This document shows positions 22,536-32,886 of a stretch of 64,000 bases of DNA, piece after piece. The stretch is from Tortispora ganteri (lineage: Eukaryota): positions 186,001 through 250,000 of the forward strand of contig PPNB01000002.1 of the NCBI GenBank assembly GCA_003707115.1, given 5' to 3'. The translations under genes and the position numbers were made by a program. Under the pieces are notes generated by a model. That model worked only from the letters and a program-made list of their open reading frames with translations, was not told the DNA's origin and ran no database searches. Each line of letters opens with the position of its first letter. The first letter of the stretch is position 1.

Positions 22536-22617
22536 GCTTAGAAAAGTGAGACTCTCACCCCAACAGCCTTGTTTACTACGATTAAATTAGGGATAAATAT
22601 AGAATCTAATGTCATTG

Positions 22618-24300
22618 TCATTTAAATAGGTCATTGTACACATTGTCCACTGAATGCAACCTCTTCGAAGGCTGTTTGTATGGTATGTCGTAGAATAACA
22701 AGTCTGATGAATAATTATGCGGCCGCTTTCTTGAATGTGTTCGCATAACTGGTTCCATCCTGGGAGACGAAACAGCAGGCGACGGAGGTTCTGCCACATA
22801 TACCGGCACTGGTAATACTGAACATACAGCCATACGTGCACGTTCATACGAGCGTATGAAACCTGGAGAAACTATCCCGGGACAAACAACCTGACCTGGG
22901 TTTTGATAGACAGATGTTGCTGCATGGCTCCTTACATGAGTGTTGCCATATATATAAGGATTGGCAGGAGCATCATGGTTCGGCTCAACTCTAAATTCCA
23001 GAAGTAAAGGTTTAGACATTTCATACTGTGTCCGTGAGTCACTCGGAGATGAATCTTGCGACATAAATGGGTAGAAAGCTGCGCTGTTCTTGATCTTCGG
23101 AGAAGATCTGCTATGCAAATCGGGCGCTTTCAGGCTAGCAAATCGGGCATTAGAACCAATGTTAAATGAGGACTGTGAAGTATCGGGAGGAGACAAAGGA
23201 TGCACACCACACAAGTCGTAACTCGCAAGCTTCGAGGAAGATCGTTGAAGAGACGAAGGAGTAGCGTTCGCTGGAAGAGGAAATAGTGGCAGCCCGATAG
23301 GTGGAGCACCCGACATTATACGAACATGTCTAAGGAGCTGTCCTAATCCAATTCCGGGACGGAATCTCCAAGACGGACGCCGCCATCCTTCAGTATCCGC
23401 AGCATCATTGTGTAAATATTTACTAGAACCAGCTTTATCAGTCGCGCGTCTCGTAGATAAAGGATTCGAAGTAACTTCCAAATAAAGCAGCGTAGGAATT
23501 GAGCGCAAAGCAGCTATTCCAGAAGCGGAGCATTGGCGAGAGGAGTAATTATTCGCAATAATGACCTCAAGCTTCGAGTGGCGCGATCGCCAAGCAAGAG
23601 ACCAAGCTAAGAGAACACCATCGTCTAACTGATGCAAAGGAGAGTCCATATAGGGAGACGACACATCAATGGCTGTGAGATTAGGTATATGAGGAAGAGA
23701 TAACAGAAAATCGCGGGAAAGCATAGCAGCACCTGAAAGATCAAGAATAATGTTAGTTTCCGGGGATATTGCTGATGATATCTGACGAGGTACAGAGGCA
23801 GTATATGAGAAAGAAGAATGGAAAGCGATTAGGACTTCGACAAAGTTCTTGAAAGAGGAGTTGTACGGAATGAGTTGAACACGATGTTGTACTGGAAGAG
23901 ATGGAGACAGAGCCATGGTTTCCGGGACATCGGGAGTAGCTAGGAAAGAGTGGTCGTTACCGTATGCGCAATAAAAACATACAAAGAAGTAAAAAGTATC
24001 AAGATGATATTTGCAAGCTTCAGCCCACAGATAACGGCCGATTGTATGCCAGGGTGCTGAGGTGAGCTGTCTCGGATCGATTGAAGGCAGATTCTTGATG
24101 AGAGATCCGAGAGTTAAAGCGCGAAGAGTTGGTGGTTTTTGGGCGATGATCTTTTCAGCTAATCTGTCCAAAGTAATTTTTGAATGGTATGACCATAAAG
24201 GGTGAGAGAGATCCCAAGGAACCAGATTCAAAGAGGTGGCGTCAGCAGAAGCAGATACCGGATTGCACATAGAATCAGGCGGTAGATGGTATTGGTTCAT
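22618..24300 (-). CDS. Hypothetical fungal protein with a possible short LRR/RNI-like segment and low-complexity C-terminus
   Basis: 560-aa ATG-initiated ORF. The central LSLPHIPNLTAIDVS...LDDGVLLAW...KLEVI...LRSIPTLLYLEV pattern is LRR-like. No family recognised with certainty. Confidence 0.7.
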   Translation of the reverse strand: MNQYHLPPDSMCNPVSASADATSLNLVPWDLSHPLWSYHSKITLDRLAEKIIAQKPPTLRALTLGSLIKNLPSIDPRQLTSAPWHTIGRYLWAEACKYHLDTFYFFVCFYCAYGNDHSFLATPDVPETMALSPSLPVQHRVQLIPYNSSFKNFVEVLIAFHSSFSYTASVPRQISSAISPETNIILDLSGAAMLSRDFLLSLPHIPNLTAIDVSSPYMDSPLHQLDDGVLLAWSLAWRSRHSKLEVIIANNYSSRQCSASGIAALRSIPTLLYLEVTSNPLSTRRATDKAGSSKYLHNDAADTEGWRRPSWRFRPGIGLGQLLRHVRIMSGAPPIGLPLFPLPANATPSSLQRSSSKLASYDLCGVHPLSPPDTSQSSFNIGSNARFASLKAPDLHSRSSPKIKNSAAFYPFMSQDSSPSDSRTQYEMSKPLLLEFRVEPNHDAPANPYIYGNTHVRSHAATSVYQNPGQVVCPGIVSPGFIRSYERARMAVCSVLPVPVYVAEPPSPAVSSPRMEPVMRTHSRKRPHNYSSDLLFYDIPYKQPSKRLHSVDNVYNDLFK

Positions 24301-25430
24301 GGCTATTCTGTGATAGGTAGGAAGGAAGAAAAGGACACAGGAGACAAGAATAAAGTCAGGTCAATAATAAGCCATAGAAAGCTAATAGGATATGCAAAGA
24401 GTAAATAGGAGAAAATGCTAATATGAGCTTTAACGGCTGTTGTGTAATGAAACAGCAGTAGAGGCTAGGGAGGAGGGGGGGGTGGGGGTTCCTTCTGCAC
24501 GGCGCTAAAGTGAAGGCGAACGGCGTAAGACGTTCCCAAGTGATAAGGCGATTAGTAGATGCAAATAGGCCGGAAATACCGACTAAAATGCACAAAAGCT
24601 AGTGAAATATTAACTGTTGAAAGTTAAAAACACCTTATCTGTCGTGTAATACAAAGAGTGCTATACCGCGATAAAAAATATGAAATAAAAAAGAGAAAAG
24701 GTGGCGCCGTCTATGTACCGCTGGGTTGGTGGGCGAAAGAGGTTGAAGAAAGTTGCGAGTACCGAGGCGACTTACAAAGCGGATATTTTTATACTAGCTT
24801 TTCTATTAGAAAAATATATAAAACCTGAAGCGCCAGATTTTTATTTTGAGATGCAAATAGAGAAATAAGCAGAAAAACGAAAGGGCCACCCCGTTATACT
24901 AGTCGGATATATATACTTGTAGAGCTTATGGAAGTTTACACGGAGACGGCCGTCCGAAATAAGACAATGAAGTAGTAATCATTGGCTGAATAAGGTTTAT
25001 ATAATCAAATTTTAATACCCAATAATACGTGACATTAGTTTCATGTGACTATGACGATGCCACATTCTCGCAGAACAGTGTATGGCAGTGTCAGAACAAT
25101 AGTGATGATCCTTTGCCTAAAATAATGAGTAATTCCTAATAACATTAATTACATACCTATACGCTGTTAATAAAGAGATACTTGTGGCCAGTGGTGATGT
25201 CGGGAAGTTCCGCGATTCCGTTTTTATCCCAAAAGGATGTACGACTATACTTCCCTAAAAGGATATATCCGTTATAACCGCGATCTAATTGAATGCCTAA
25301 ATTGTTTTGCGACATTCAAGAGCTGCTTGGGCAGGGCCAATTCTTTAAACAAGATTTAAAACAATAGAAGAGTTAAAAGAAATATAACGCGAGAAACAAG
25401 TTTACTGTTCAGTGACGTACCTGCTAATAG

Positions 25431-25994
25431 TTACACATGTTGACCTGAATTCATCCGATGGATGATCGATCGTAATGCCTTCACAATTATCTCGTGTTGT
25501 TGTTGCTGTGGTCCACCGTGTACACACACTGTTCCTATAACTCCTTCGACACCAGCAACACGTATAGGATATCCACCAGCTAGTATTGAGTATTCGTCGC
25601 TCTTAACATGCAGTACGTTCTCCGGGGTACCTCCTCGACTGATCACAGTTGCATGCAGGTACATAGTCGATCTCTCAAATCGCAGGACTGAATTCCTCTT
25701 TTTCTCGACGATCTCATGACTTTCAAAATTGGGACCAGGCGCTGAATACGCTTGAAATACTACCCTGTTGTTCATACTGACCGATATCAACACCGATGCT
25801 CTAGTCGCTGACTCTCGCGCAAGATCGCGAATGAGACACCCTAGCTCGAAAGCCACCTCTGAACTGAAATAGGGCAAAACAAGCTGCTTCTCTTCATCAT
25901 CCAAATCACTTAATTTCGCCTATGTTGAGTTAGTTCATAATCCAATTCCTATATTTCTTCTTTTTGACTGGCTCATTGTACTTACAGTCTCCAT
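25431..25994 (-). CDS. DUF336/UPF0303 (GlcG/HbpS-like, YBR137W-like) putative haem-binding protein; two exons (25994-25986, 25919-25431)
   Basis: Motifs F..E.AFELG..IR, KKRNSVLRF..ST and GGYPIRV.GV.GVIG.V.V.G..Q...H. Splicing supplies the start MET|AKLSDLDDEE. Confidence 0.85.
25920..25985 (-). other. Spliceosomal intron (66 nt) in the DUF336 gene
   Basis: Minus-strand GTAAGT donor, AACTAAC branch point and TAG acceptor. Phase 0; restores the ATG start. Confidence 0.85.
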
Positions 25995-26299
25995 GTGTAT
26001 TATATCAGAGTTTACATGATACCCCGCTATCCTTCTTCAAGTCTATATTAAAAGCCTTTTACGGGCTAGCCGAATTACATAAGTTCACTTCGTTGCAGAG
26101 CTAATAAATTGTATAGAAACGTCTACAGCCGATAAACGCAGATTAGTTAGACGGTGCAATACATTGAAATGTAAAGAAACAACTACATGTACTCTACTAG
26201 TGGTACTACAATAATCAGTCGACACGACACTCTAATTACGTTGAGTTGAATAGGTTTTAATCATAGCGATTTACATCAATAAAAGTACCAAACCTGAGT

Positions 26300-26662
26300 T
26301 TAGTAAGCAGCCTTGGCAGCAATGGCAGGGTTGATCTTCTTTCCGTCACGGTTGTATCGGACGCGGGCAGGGGGGGAACGGACCTTGCGTCCTTCCCTGG
26401 ATCGCACGCGAACAACTTTGCTGTGAATAGCACATGAAACGCAGTAATGGATCTTAAGGTAAAGCTTAGGAAGAACATATTCACGGTAAACAGAAGCATC
26501 CGAAATATCGCGAATAGCAGCGCTCTCAACCATGTTGCGAATGCTGAATCTCTTTATGGCTTTGTCTTTAGGAACACATCGGGCACAGTTTGAGCATCTA
26601 ACAAACTTAACGTGTCCACGTCCTTTCTTGTTGCGTCCTCCGGAAGCTCTCTTTTTTGGCAT
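26300..26662 (-). CDS. RPS26: 40S ribosomal protein S26 (eS26)
   Basis: [36 protein letters not shown] and YCVSCAIH. No intron in the CDS. Confidence 0.98.
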   Translation of the reverse strand: MPKKRASGGRNKKGRGHVKFVRCSNCARCVPKDKAIKRFSIRNMVESAAIRDISDASVYREYVLPKLYLKIHYCVSCAIHSKVVRVRSREGRKVRSPPARVRYNRDGKKINPAIAAKAAY

Positions 26663-26755
26663 AATGAGTAGTTCTTTTAATGTATGTGGTTCAAGAAGTG
26701 AACTATAACTAAGATGTAACTCGCTTTGGGTGTGGGACCCTTCAATGTGAGTTAA

Positions 26756-26803
26756 CAGTCACGCTTTAACCCCCAGTTTACCCTATAGCAACAAAAACCC
26801 TAC
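26756..26803. promoter_or_regulatory. Putative ribosomal-protein promoter elements: Homol-D-like CAGTCAC plus ACCCTA (Homol-E/Tbf1-like) sites
   Basis: CAGTCACG at 26756-26763, ACCCTA at 26780-26785 and AAACCCTA at 26795-26802, about 95-140 bp upstream of the RPS26 ATG. Confidence 0.45.
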
Positions 26804-27215
26804 TGGTTGCTATGTCTCCCTGTTAGAACCCTTTTTGTAGAGAATCCTGAAACCTTAAAACTTCAATTTATCCGCATAAGCCAGGAAACATAAACAACAG
26901 CCCATTCATAAACACACAATATCACTTTTCCTTTCCTGTTTTCATACTGCTTTTTATTGATTTAAATAACAAAATATCCAAATCAAGTTTGCAGTATACT
27001 AGTTGGAAATTATTATTCACACCTGGAACTCTGATATTACTTCAAATTTGCTTTTGGTTGCTTGATATCGTTGCCGCTACTCATTTGTTCCTCACCAAAC
27101 ATAGGCCATTCCTCTTTTCCTAACAAATCGCGAACAAATACCAAATAACTATCGCGAAGAGCATTTAATAATCTTTGAACTGATCTATATTGACCAAATT
27201 TATCAGCCTTTACCA

Positions 27216-29084
27216 ATGAATTCTCCTGCACCAGGCTCGGATGCTGGATCGAACATAACTGAATCGAGAAAGAAACAAAGCCGTCGGGATGATCTGTTAC
27301 GCCGAAAACTTGAAACAGATATATCCAAGAAGCATATCCAGGGCAGCCCTTTTGTTCGAAGACATACTAAATCACGCCGTGAATATACTCCTGGAACTGT
27401 GATGGCTTTAAAACCTACTGCTGCTCTCCAGATTAAAGGTACAACCACTGCCGCGGCAGCGGCACAGCTCATGGCTGCGCACCGCGAAAACTGTGTTCTG
27501 GTAACAGGATCTGATGATAGAATCAGTGGAATTTTTACCGCGAAAGACCTTGCTTTACGCGTGATTGGAAAGGGATTAAACCCTTCCAAAGTTGCTGTCG
27601 ATTCAATCATGACATCAAACCCTTTGTGCGTCCGTGCAAACACATCCGCCACAGAAGCCTTGGATCTTATGGTGTCCAAGGGATTTAGACACTTACCTGT
27701 TATGGACGAGGCTAGTGATATTATCGGAATCTTGGACATCACTAAATGTTTCTACGAGGCAATGGAGAAACTCGACAAAGCTTTTGCCTCATCTAAGAAA
27801 CTCTATGATGCCCTGGAAGGAATGCAATCTGAGCTGGGAACATCTCATCCTGTTCAGATTTTTCAGTATGCTGATGCTTTAAGACGCAAAATGGCCGGCC
27901 CTTCACTGGACTCTGTTCTGGATGGAACGGCACCCGTCTCTATCAATGTTAAGAGTTCTGTATATGACGCAGCTCAACTCATGATTGAAAATCATACCAC
28001 CTGCGTTTTGGTTACGGATAAGGACTCTATAACCGGTATTTTTACCACTAAAGACATAGTGTTGAGAGTCATCGCAGCCGGACTCGACGCGAACTTGTGT
28101 TCAGTAGTTAGAGTCATGACCCCTCATCCTGACTTTGCTCCGCAAACTATGAATATTCAAGAAGCATTGAGAAAAATGCATACTGGCCATTATTTGAACT
28201 TACCTGTCACTGGAGAAGATGGAGAGGTTGTCGGTGTTGTTGACGTTTTAAAGCTCACATATGCTACCTTAGAACAGATTCATACGATGAATGGAGACTC
28301 TGAAGGGCCAGCCTGGGATAAATTCTGGAACTCGTTTGAACAAGATTCTGAGTCTGGTGTATCAGATAGCAATCATTTAGCTTCACCTTCTAAGCTGTCT
28401 ATGCATGATACTGAAGATTTCATCACACCTGGCGATTCTGTGTCACACGGAGACTTCGCTATGTCGCAAATCGATAATAACGAGCTTTTTTCTTTCAAGT
28501 TTAAATCTCCTTCAGGTCGTGTACACAGATTCAAAGCTGCGCCAGCTTCTGGGCTCGAATCATTTTTGGCTCTTATACTCGAGAAACTCACGAAGTCCGA
28601 AGTGGAGACATTGGGCGGCGCTGGAGTATTCGCCGATGGAAAGCTTGTAACCGCTGGATTTGCAGTATCCTATATAGACGATGACGGTGATCCTGTCTCT
28701 ATCACTAGCGATTCTGATTTACAAGATGCGGTGAAGTTCTCAATGCAACGGCATCAAGATAAAGTGGAGTTATATGTTCACCACCCTGATGAAGCCATAG
28801 CTGAAAGTTTGAAAATCTCACCGCAGAAGGCACAAGAGATGCACGCGCCTACTCCGCCTGGATCAGCGTCACCTATTGCATCACCTAATATATCTACTCC
28901 CACACGATCGAAAGATAATAAGCGAAACAGCTGGAGAGAATCTTGGTTTTCAGATAACAATCCGAAAGTCATCAAAGTTAAAGAAGACTTAATTCCTGGC
29001 GTTCCCAATGATCTTCTCTTACCGGGGGCATTGGTTACGTTAGCAGCCTCGATACTAATAGTTTTCACTGTATCTAAGAAATGA
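27216..29084 (+). CDS. CBS-CBS-PB1 domain protein with C-terminal membrane anchor (Mug70/CBSCBSPB-like)
   Basis: Two CBS pairs (GIFTAKDLA.RV, FRHLPV; GIFTTKD.VLRV, YLNLPV), a PB1 domain (FKFKSPSGRVHR...SYIDDDGD.VSITSD.DL), and a hydrophobic tail. Confidence 0.88.
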   Translation: MNSPAPGSDAGSNITESRKKQSRRDDLLRRKLETDISKKHIQGSPFVRRHTKSRREYTPGTVMALKPTAALQIKGTTTAAAAAQLMAAHRENCVLVTGSDDRISGIFTAKDLALRVIGKGLNPSKVAVDSIMTSNPLCVRANTSATEALDLMVSKGFRHLPVMDEASDIIGILDITKCFYEAMEKLDKAFASSKKLYDALEGMQSELGTSHPVQIFQYADALRRKMAGPSLDSVLDGTAPVSINVKSSVYDAAQLMIENHTTCVLVTDKDSITGIFTTKDIVLRVIAAGLDANLCSVVRVMTPHPDFAPQTMNIQEALRKMHTGHYLNLPVTGEDGEVVGVVDVLKLTYATLEQIHTMNGDSEGPAWDKFWNSFEQDSESGVSDSNHLASPSKLSMHDTEDFITPGDSVSHGDFAMSQIDNNELFSFKFKSPSGRVHRFKAAPASGLESFLALILEKLTKSEVETLGGAGVFADGKLVTAGFAVSYIDDDGDPVSITSDSDLQDAVKFSMQRHQDKVELYVHHPDEAIAESLKISPQKAQEMHAPTPPGSASPIASPNISTPTRSKDNKRNSWRESWFSDNNPKVIKVKEDLIPGVPNDLLLPGALVTLAASILIVFTVSKK

Positions 29085-29520
29085 GGAACATTTTTGCTGC
29101 CGAACTCCATATCTGCATGCATTTTACGTTTAACTAGCCGTTGCATATGTATTTGATTTGACTTGTTGTTGATCGCATTATTAAGGTTGTCTGGGAGAAG
29201 GAAGGGTTAGTGCTTCAACAGCCTTGCCCTAACAGGCTCGCTATATTCAAACTCTTCCTTCTACATACCACCAGCACGTAGCAAGCTCAGTAAAATCGCT
29301 CCCAGATTACATATTATATATATTCTATTACGATTTTCTTATTGTGAATCTTTTGCTGATCGCTATTAGTGCGGATTTTATTCCATTTGTTCCTCTGTTT
29401 GCATCTGTTGTACGTGTTTTACTTTTTGACCTCCCACGTACCACCCTTTTTTTTTTTCGCTTCTATTTACTTTTCAATTTTTCAGTTTACTGTACGCGTG
29501 GAGTCGCTTAATTTACAAAT

Positions 29521-32500
29521 ATGGATTTAGCAGTAATAGATGGACTTATAAATGGGTTCTTATCCCCTGATCACTCTACTCGTACTGAAGCGGAAAAGAG
29601 ATTCAATGATATGCTTGCTGCAAGCCCTGATGCCACTCTTATCTCTCTTGCACAAGCCATTGTTCAAGGCCAAAACACTTCTGTTAAATCAACTGCTGCT
29701 GTAGTGTTTAGGCGTTACGCCGGAAAGCAACCCCCCAATACAGATACCGGCGTTCGCTTAGTGGATATTATCCCTGCACCTGCTCGTCAACAGATACGCG
29801 AGGCTCTTTGGCAAAGTCTCATGTCCGAATCTGATGTTGGAGTACTTCATAAAATATCAGATGCAATTGCTCTGGTTGCAAAGGGATCTTCAGGTTTGTC
29901 CCCTTCTGAATCATGGCCTAATTTCCTGACTCATCTCATAGAAATTACTAAGTCTCCCTCTCCGGCTTTGCGAGAAGCCCCTTTCAGAATGATTTCTACC
30001 ATGCCAAACACATTTTCTCCTCGAATGCTCGACCTTCTTCTGCCGGCCTTTGATAGCGCCTTTGCAGACCCGAATGATAACGTCCGCTTGGCTGCTGTGT
30101 CTGCTTTCACTAACGTCTTCACTAAAGTTCCTGAATCCTATTGGAAGCAACTAAAAAAATTATTCCCTAGCTTGCTCAATGTCCTTCCTCTGTTTTACGA
30201 AAAACGCGATTCGGAATCTCTCGGTTCTGCTTTCTCTAATTTGGTTGATCTTGCAATTATTGCTCCGAAACTGTTTCGAGACGTTTTTCCCACTATACTA
30301 GAATTTTCAATTTCAGTTATGGAGTCCCCGGATTTCGACGATAAGACTCGCTCTGCAGCTGTTGAACTTTTAGTCTGTTTTGCAGAAGAATCTCCGAAAA
30401 TGGTCAAATCAGACCCGTCATATATAAACAAACTGGTCCCTGCCTGTTTGCGCTTGCTTACACTTATTGGCGAAGATGACGATGATGCTTCCGATTGGCT
30501 CAATGAAAACCCCAAAGAGGAGCTTGAATCTGAAGCTTTAGCCGCTACTGCTGGCGATGCCTTGGATCGCCTTGCTTTGTCCTTGAATGGCAGTGTTGTC
30601 CTCCCTCCTTTTTTTCAGTATTTACCAGAAATGATATCTTCCAATGATTGGCATGCAAAGCACGCCGCTTTGATTGCAATATCTTCAGTTGCAGAAGGCT
30701 GTGCAGTGGCAATGATCGGGGAACTGAACCAGATTCTGAACGCTATTATTCCCTTATCTAAAGACCCACATCCTAGAGTCCGATGGGCTTGTTGTAACGC
30801 AATTGGACAAATGTGTACTGATTTTTGCCCCAAGCTCCAAACAAAGTTTGGTTCAATAGTGGTGCCAGCGATTTTAACTACTCTCCATGCAAGTGAATCC
30901 CGTGTAGCCTGCCATGGAGCAGCAGCTATTGTGAATTTCTGTGACGGTGCCACAGATGAAGTCTTGGAACCTTATCTTGATAACATGCTTGAAGGCTTAT
31001 TGGCTTTGCTGCAATCACCTATGCAGTACGCACAGGAACAGGCATTGACAACTATAGCGGTAGTAGCAGAATCTGCCGAGGCCAAGTTTGTCAAATACTA
31101 CGACACCTTAATGCCTCTTTTGATTAATGTCCTAAAAGCAGATTTACCTAAGGACCATCGATCCATGAAAGCTAAGAGTATAGAATGCTGTGCTCTGATT
31201 GCTAATGCCGTTGGTAAAGATAAGTTCATGCCTCAAGCTCAAGAAGTCATCCAGCTTTTTGGTTCTATTCAACAGGGAATCACTGAAGCCGACGATCCAT
31301 GTGCTTCTTACCTTTTGGAAGGCTGGGAACGTATTTGTGCAACTATTGGTGAGGAGTTTGTTCCATTTTTACCTAGCATAATTGACCCTTTGATTGAGGT
31401 TGCCAAATCAACAGCTAGCCTTGCACTGATCGAAGATGAAGAAGACATTGCTCATTATGATAGCGAACAGTGGGAAATTCTTGCCCATAACGGCAGACAT
31501 ATTGGTATTAATACATCTGGCCTGGAAGACAAGTGTTTAGCTATTGAAATTATTGGACGCTACGCTGAAAATTTGGGGTATCTTTTCGCACCTTACATAC
31601 AAAGAGTCATGCAGGATGTTATAATTCCTTCTCTGACCTTTCTTTACTCTGATGATGCTCGTGTAGCGGCCGCACAAAGTGGAGTTGCACTGATATCAGC
31701 AGCTAAGGATGCATCACGCGACGACATCAATAACATAACACCACTATGGACGTTGCTTTTTCAAAATTTACTCTCTGCTCTAATCAAGGAACCCGTTGAA
31801 GATGTTGCTGGGGTTTTCTATGTATCGATATCCTCCATTTGCAAGCTGAATAAGGGATCTTCTGTCACTAGTCAAGAATTAAAGTCTCTTTCTGATGCCA
31901 TGGAATCCAGTTTATCGGAGTATATCACAGCTGTCAATATTGGAGGCGGTATTGATGACGAGGATGACGAGTTTATTGAAGAGGGAGAAGAAATGGATGA
32001 CAAAATAACGTTTGTGGATATGATGAATAGCTTGGTGTCTTGTTTTGACGATATGTTAAATATCAAAGGAGAGTTATTTCTGCGCGAAATGGAACCCCAT
32101 CTAGACAGTGTTTTTGCCTTGTTATCGCTAACTGATGTGGATAGCGTTTGCTGGGGTTTAGATCTCGTGAACTCGTTGATTAAAAATATTGGTGAACCTA
32201 CTTGGACATATAAAGACAGATTTCTACCCGTTGTCGCCCAGGGATTAGAATCACCTCATACAAGAATTCGCCAAGGTGCAGCCACTGTAGTTGGTACTGC
32301 CGCCCTTCATGGTGGGAATTCATACAAGGCGACTGTTTTGCAAACTGTTCCTTACTTTGATAAGATTGTGAATAAGGAAGACTCTAGGGAAACGGAGAAT
32401 ATTGATGCAACTGAAGCGGCTATTGCTACTGTTGCTAAAATCATTCGTACTTATGGATCAGATCTTCCTGATCTTAACAATGCTATACAAACTTGGATAG

Positions 32501-32784
32501 GGATGCTTCCAGTTCTGCACAATGAAGAAGAGGCTGCTTTCACATACATGTTTTTAGCGGAACTTATGACTGCTCATCATTTTGCGGTTGTTAATAACTT
32601 TCCTACAGTTTTTAATGCCGTATTATGTGCCATTGAAATGGATAGCATACAAGGGAAGGTTTTAAAGCATGTTATTGAAGCTACTAAAGAGCAACTAAGT
32701 CGCCTTCCCCCCGGAGAAGCTGATAAGCTTCTGCAGAGTTTATCTCCGGAGTTGCAAGGAATTGTCAGAGCTACGTTCGGTTAA
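29521..32784 (+). CDS. PSE1: Importin beta-3 / karyopherin Kap121
   Basis: HEAT repeats with ALDRLAL.L.G, HAAL.AIS..AEGC, DPHPRVRWA.CNAIGQM.TDF and YYDTLMPLL.NVL. Confidence 0.92.
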   Translation: MDLAVIDGLINGFLSPDHSTRTEAEKRFNDMLAASPDATLISLAQAIVQGQNTSVKSTAAVVFRRYAGKQPPNTDTGVRLVDIIPAPARQQIREALWQSLMSESDVGVLHKISDAIALVAKGSSGLSPSESWPNFLTHLIEITKSPSPALREAPFRMISTMPNTFSPRMLDLLLPAFDSAFADPNDNVRLAAVSAFTNVFTKVPESYWKQLKKLFPSLLNVLPLFYEKRDSESLGSAFSNLVDLAIIAPKLFRDVFPTILEFSISVMESPDFDDKTRSAAVELLVCFAEESPKMVKSDPSYINKLVPACLRLLTLIGEDDDDASDWLNENPKEELESEALAATAGDALDRLALSLNGSVVLPPFFQYLPEMISSNDWHAKHAALIAISSVAEGCAVAMIGELNQILNAIIPLSKDPHPRVRWACCNAIGQMCTDFCPKLQTKFGSIVVPAILTTLHASESRVACHGAAAIVNFCDGATDEVLEPYLDNMLEGLLALLQSPMQYAQEQALTTIAVVAESAEAKFVKYYDTLMPLLINVLKADLPKDHRSMKAKSIECCALIANAVGKDKFMPQAQEVIQLFGSIQQGITEADDPCASYLLEGWERICATIGEEFVPFLPSIIDPLIEVAKSTASLALIEDEEDIAHYDSEQWEILAHNGRHIGINTSGLEDKCLAIEIIGRYAENLGYLFAPYIQRVMQDVIIPSLTFLYSDDARVAAAQSGVALISAAKDASRDDINNITPLWTLLFQNLLSALIKEPVEDVAGVFYVSISSICKLNKGSSVTSQELKSLSDAMESSLSEYITAVNIGGGIDDEDDEFIEEGEEMDDKITFVDMMNSLVSCFDDMLNIKGELFLREMEPHLDSVFALLSLTDVDSVCWGLDLVNSLIKNIGEPTWTYKDRFLPVVAQGLESPHTRIRQGAATVVGTAALHGGNSYKATVLQTVPYFDKIVNKEDSRETENIDATEAAIATVAKIIRTYGSDLPDLNNAIQTWIGMLPVLHNEEEAAFTYMFLAELMTAHHFAVVNNFPTVFNAVLCAIEMDSIQGKVLKHVIEATKEQLSRLPPGEADKLLQSLSPELQGIVRATFG

Positions 32785-32886
32785 AGGCAGTGACGAGGAA
32801 GTTGAAATATGATTACAAACAAAAATACAAGAATCTATTAAAGAAATGAAATGATTGTGACAATATATTTCCGATGCCAAAGTCTG

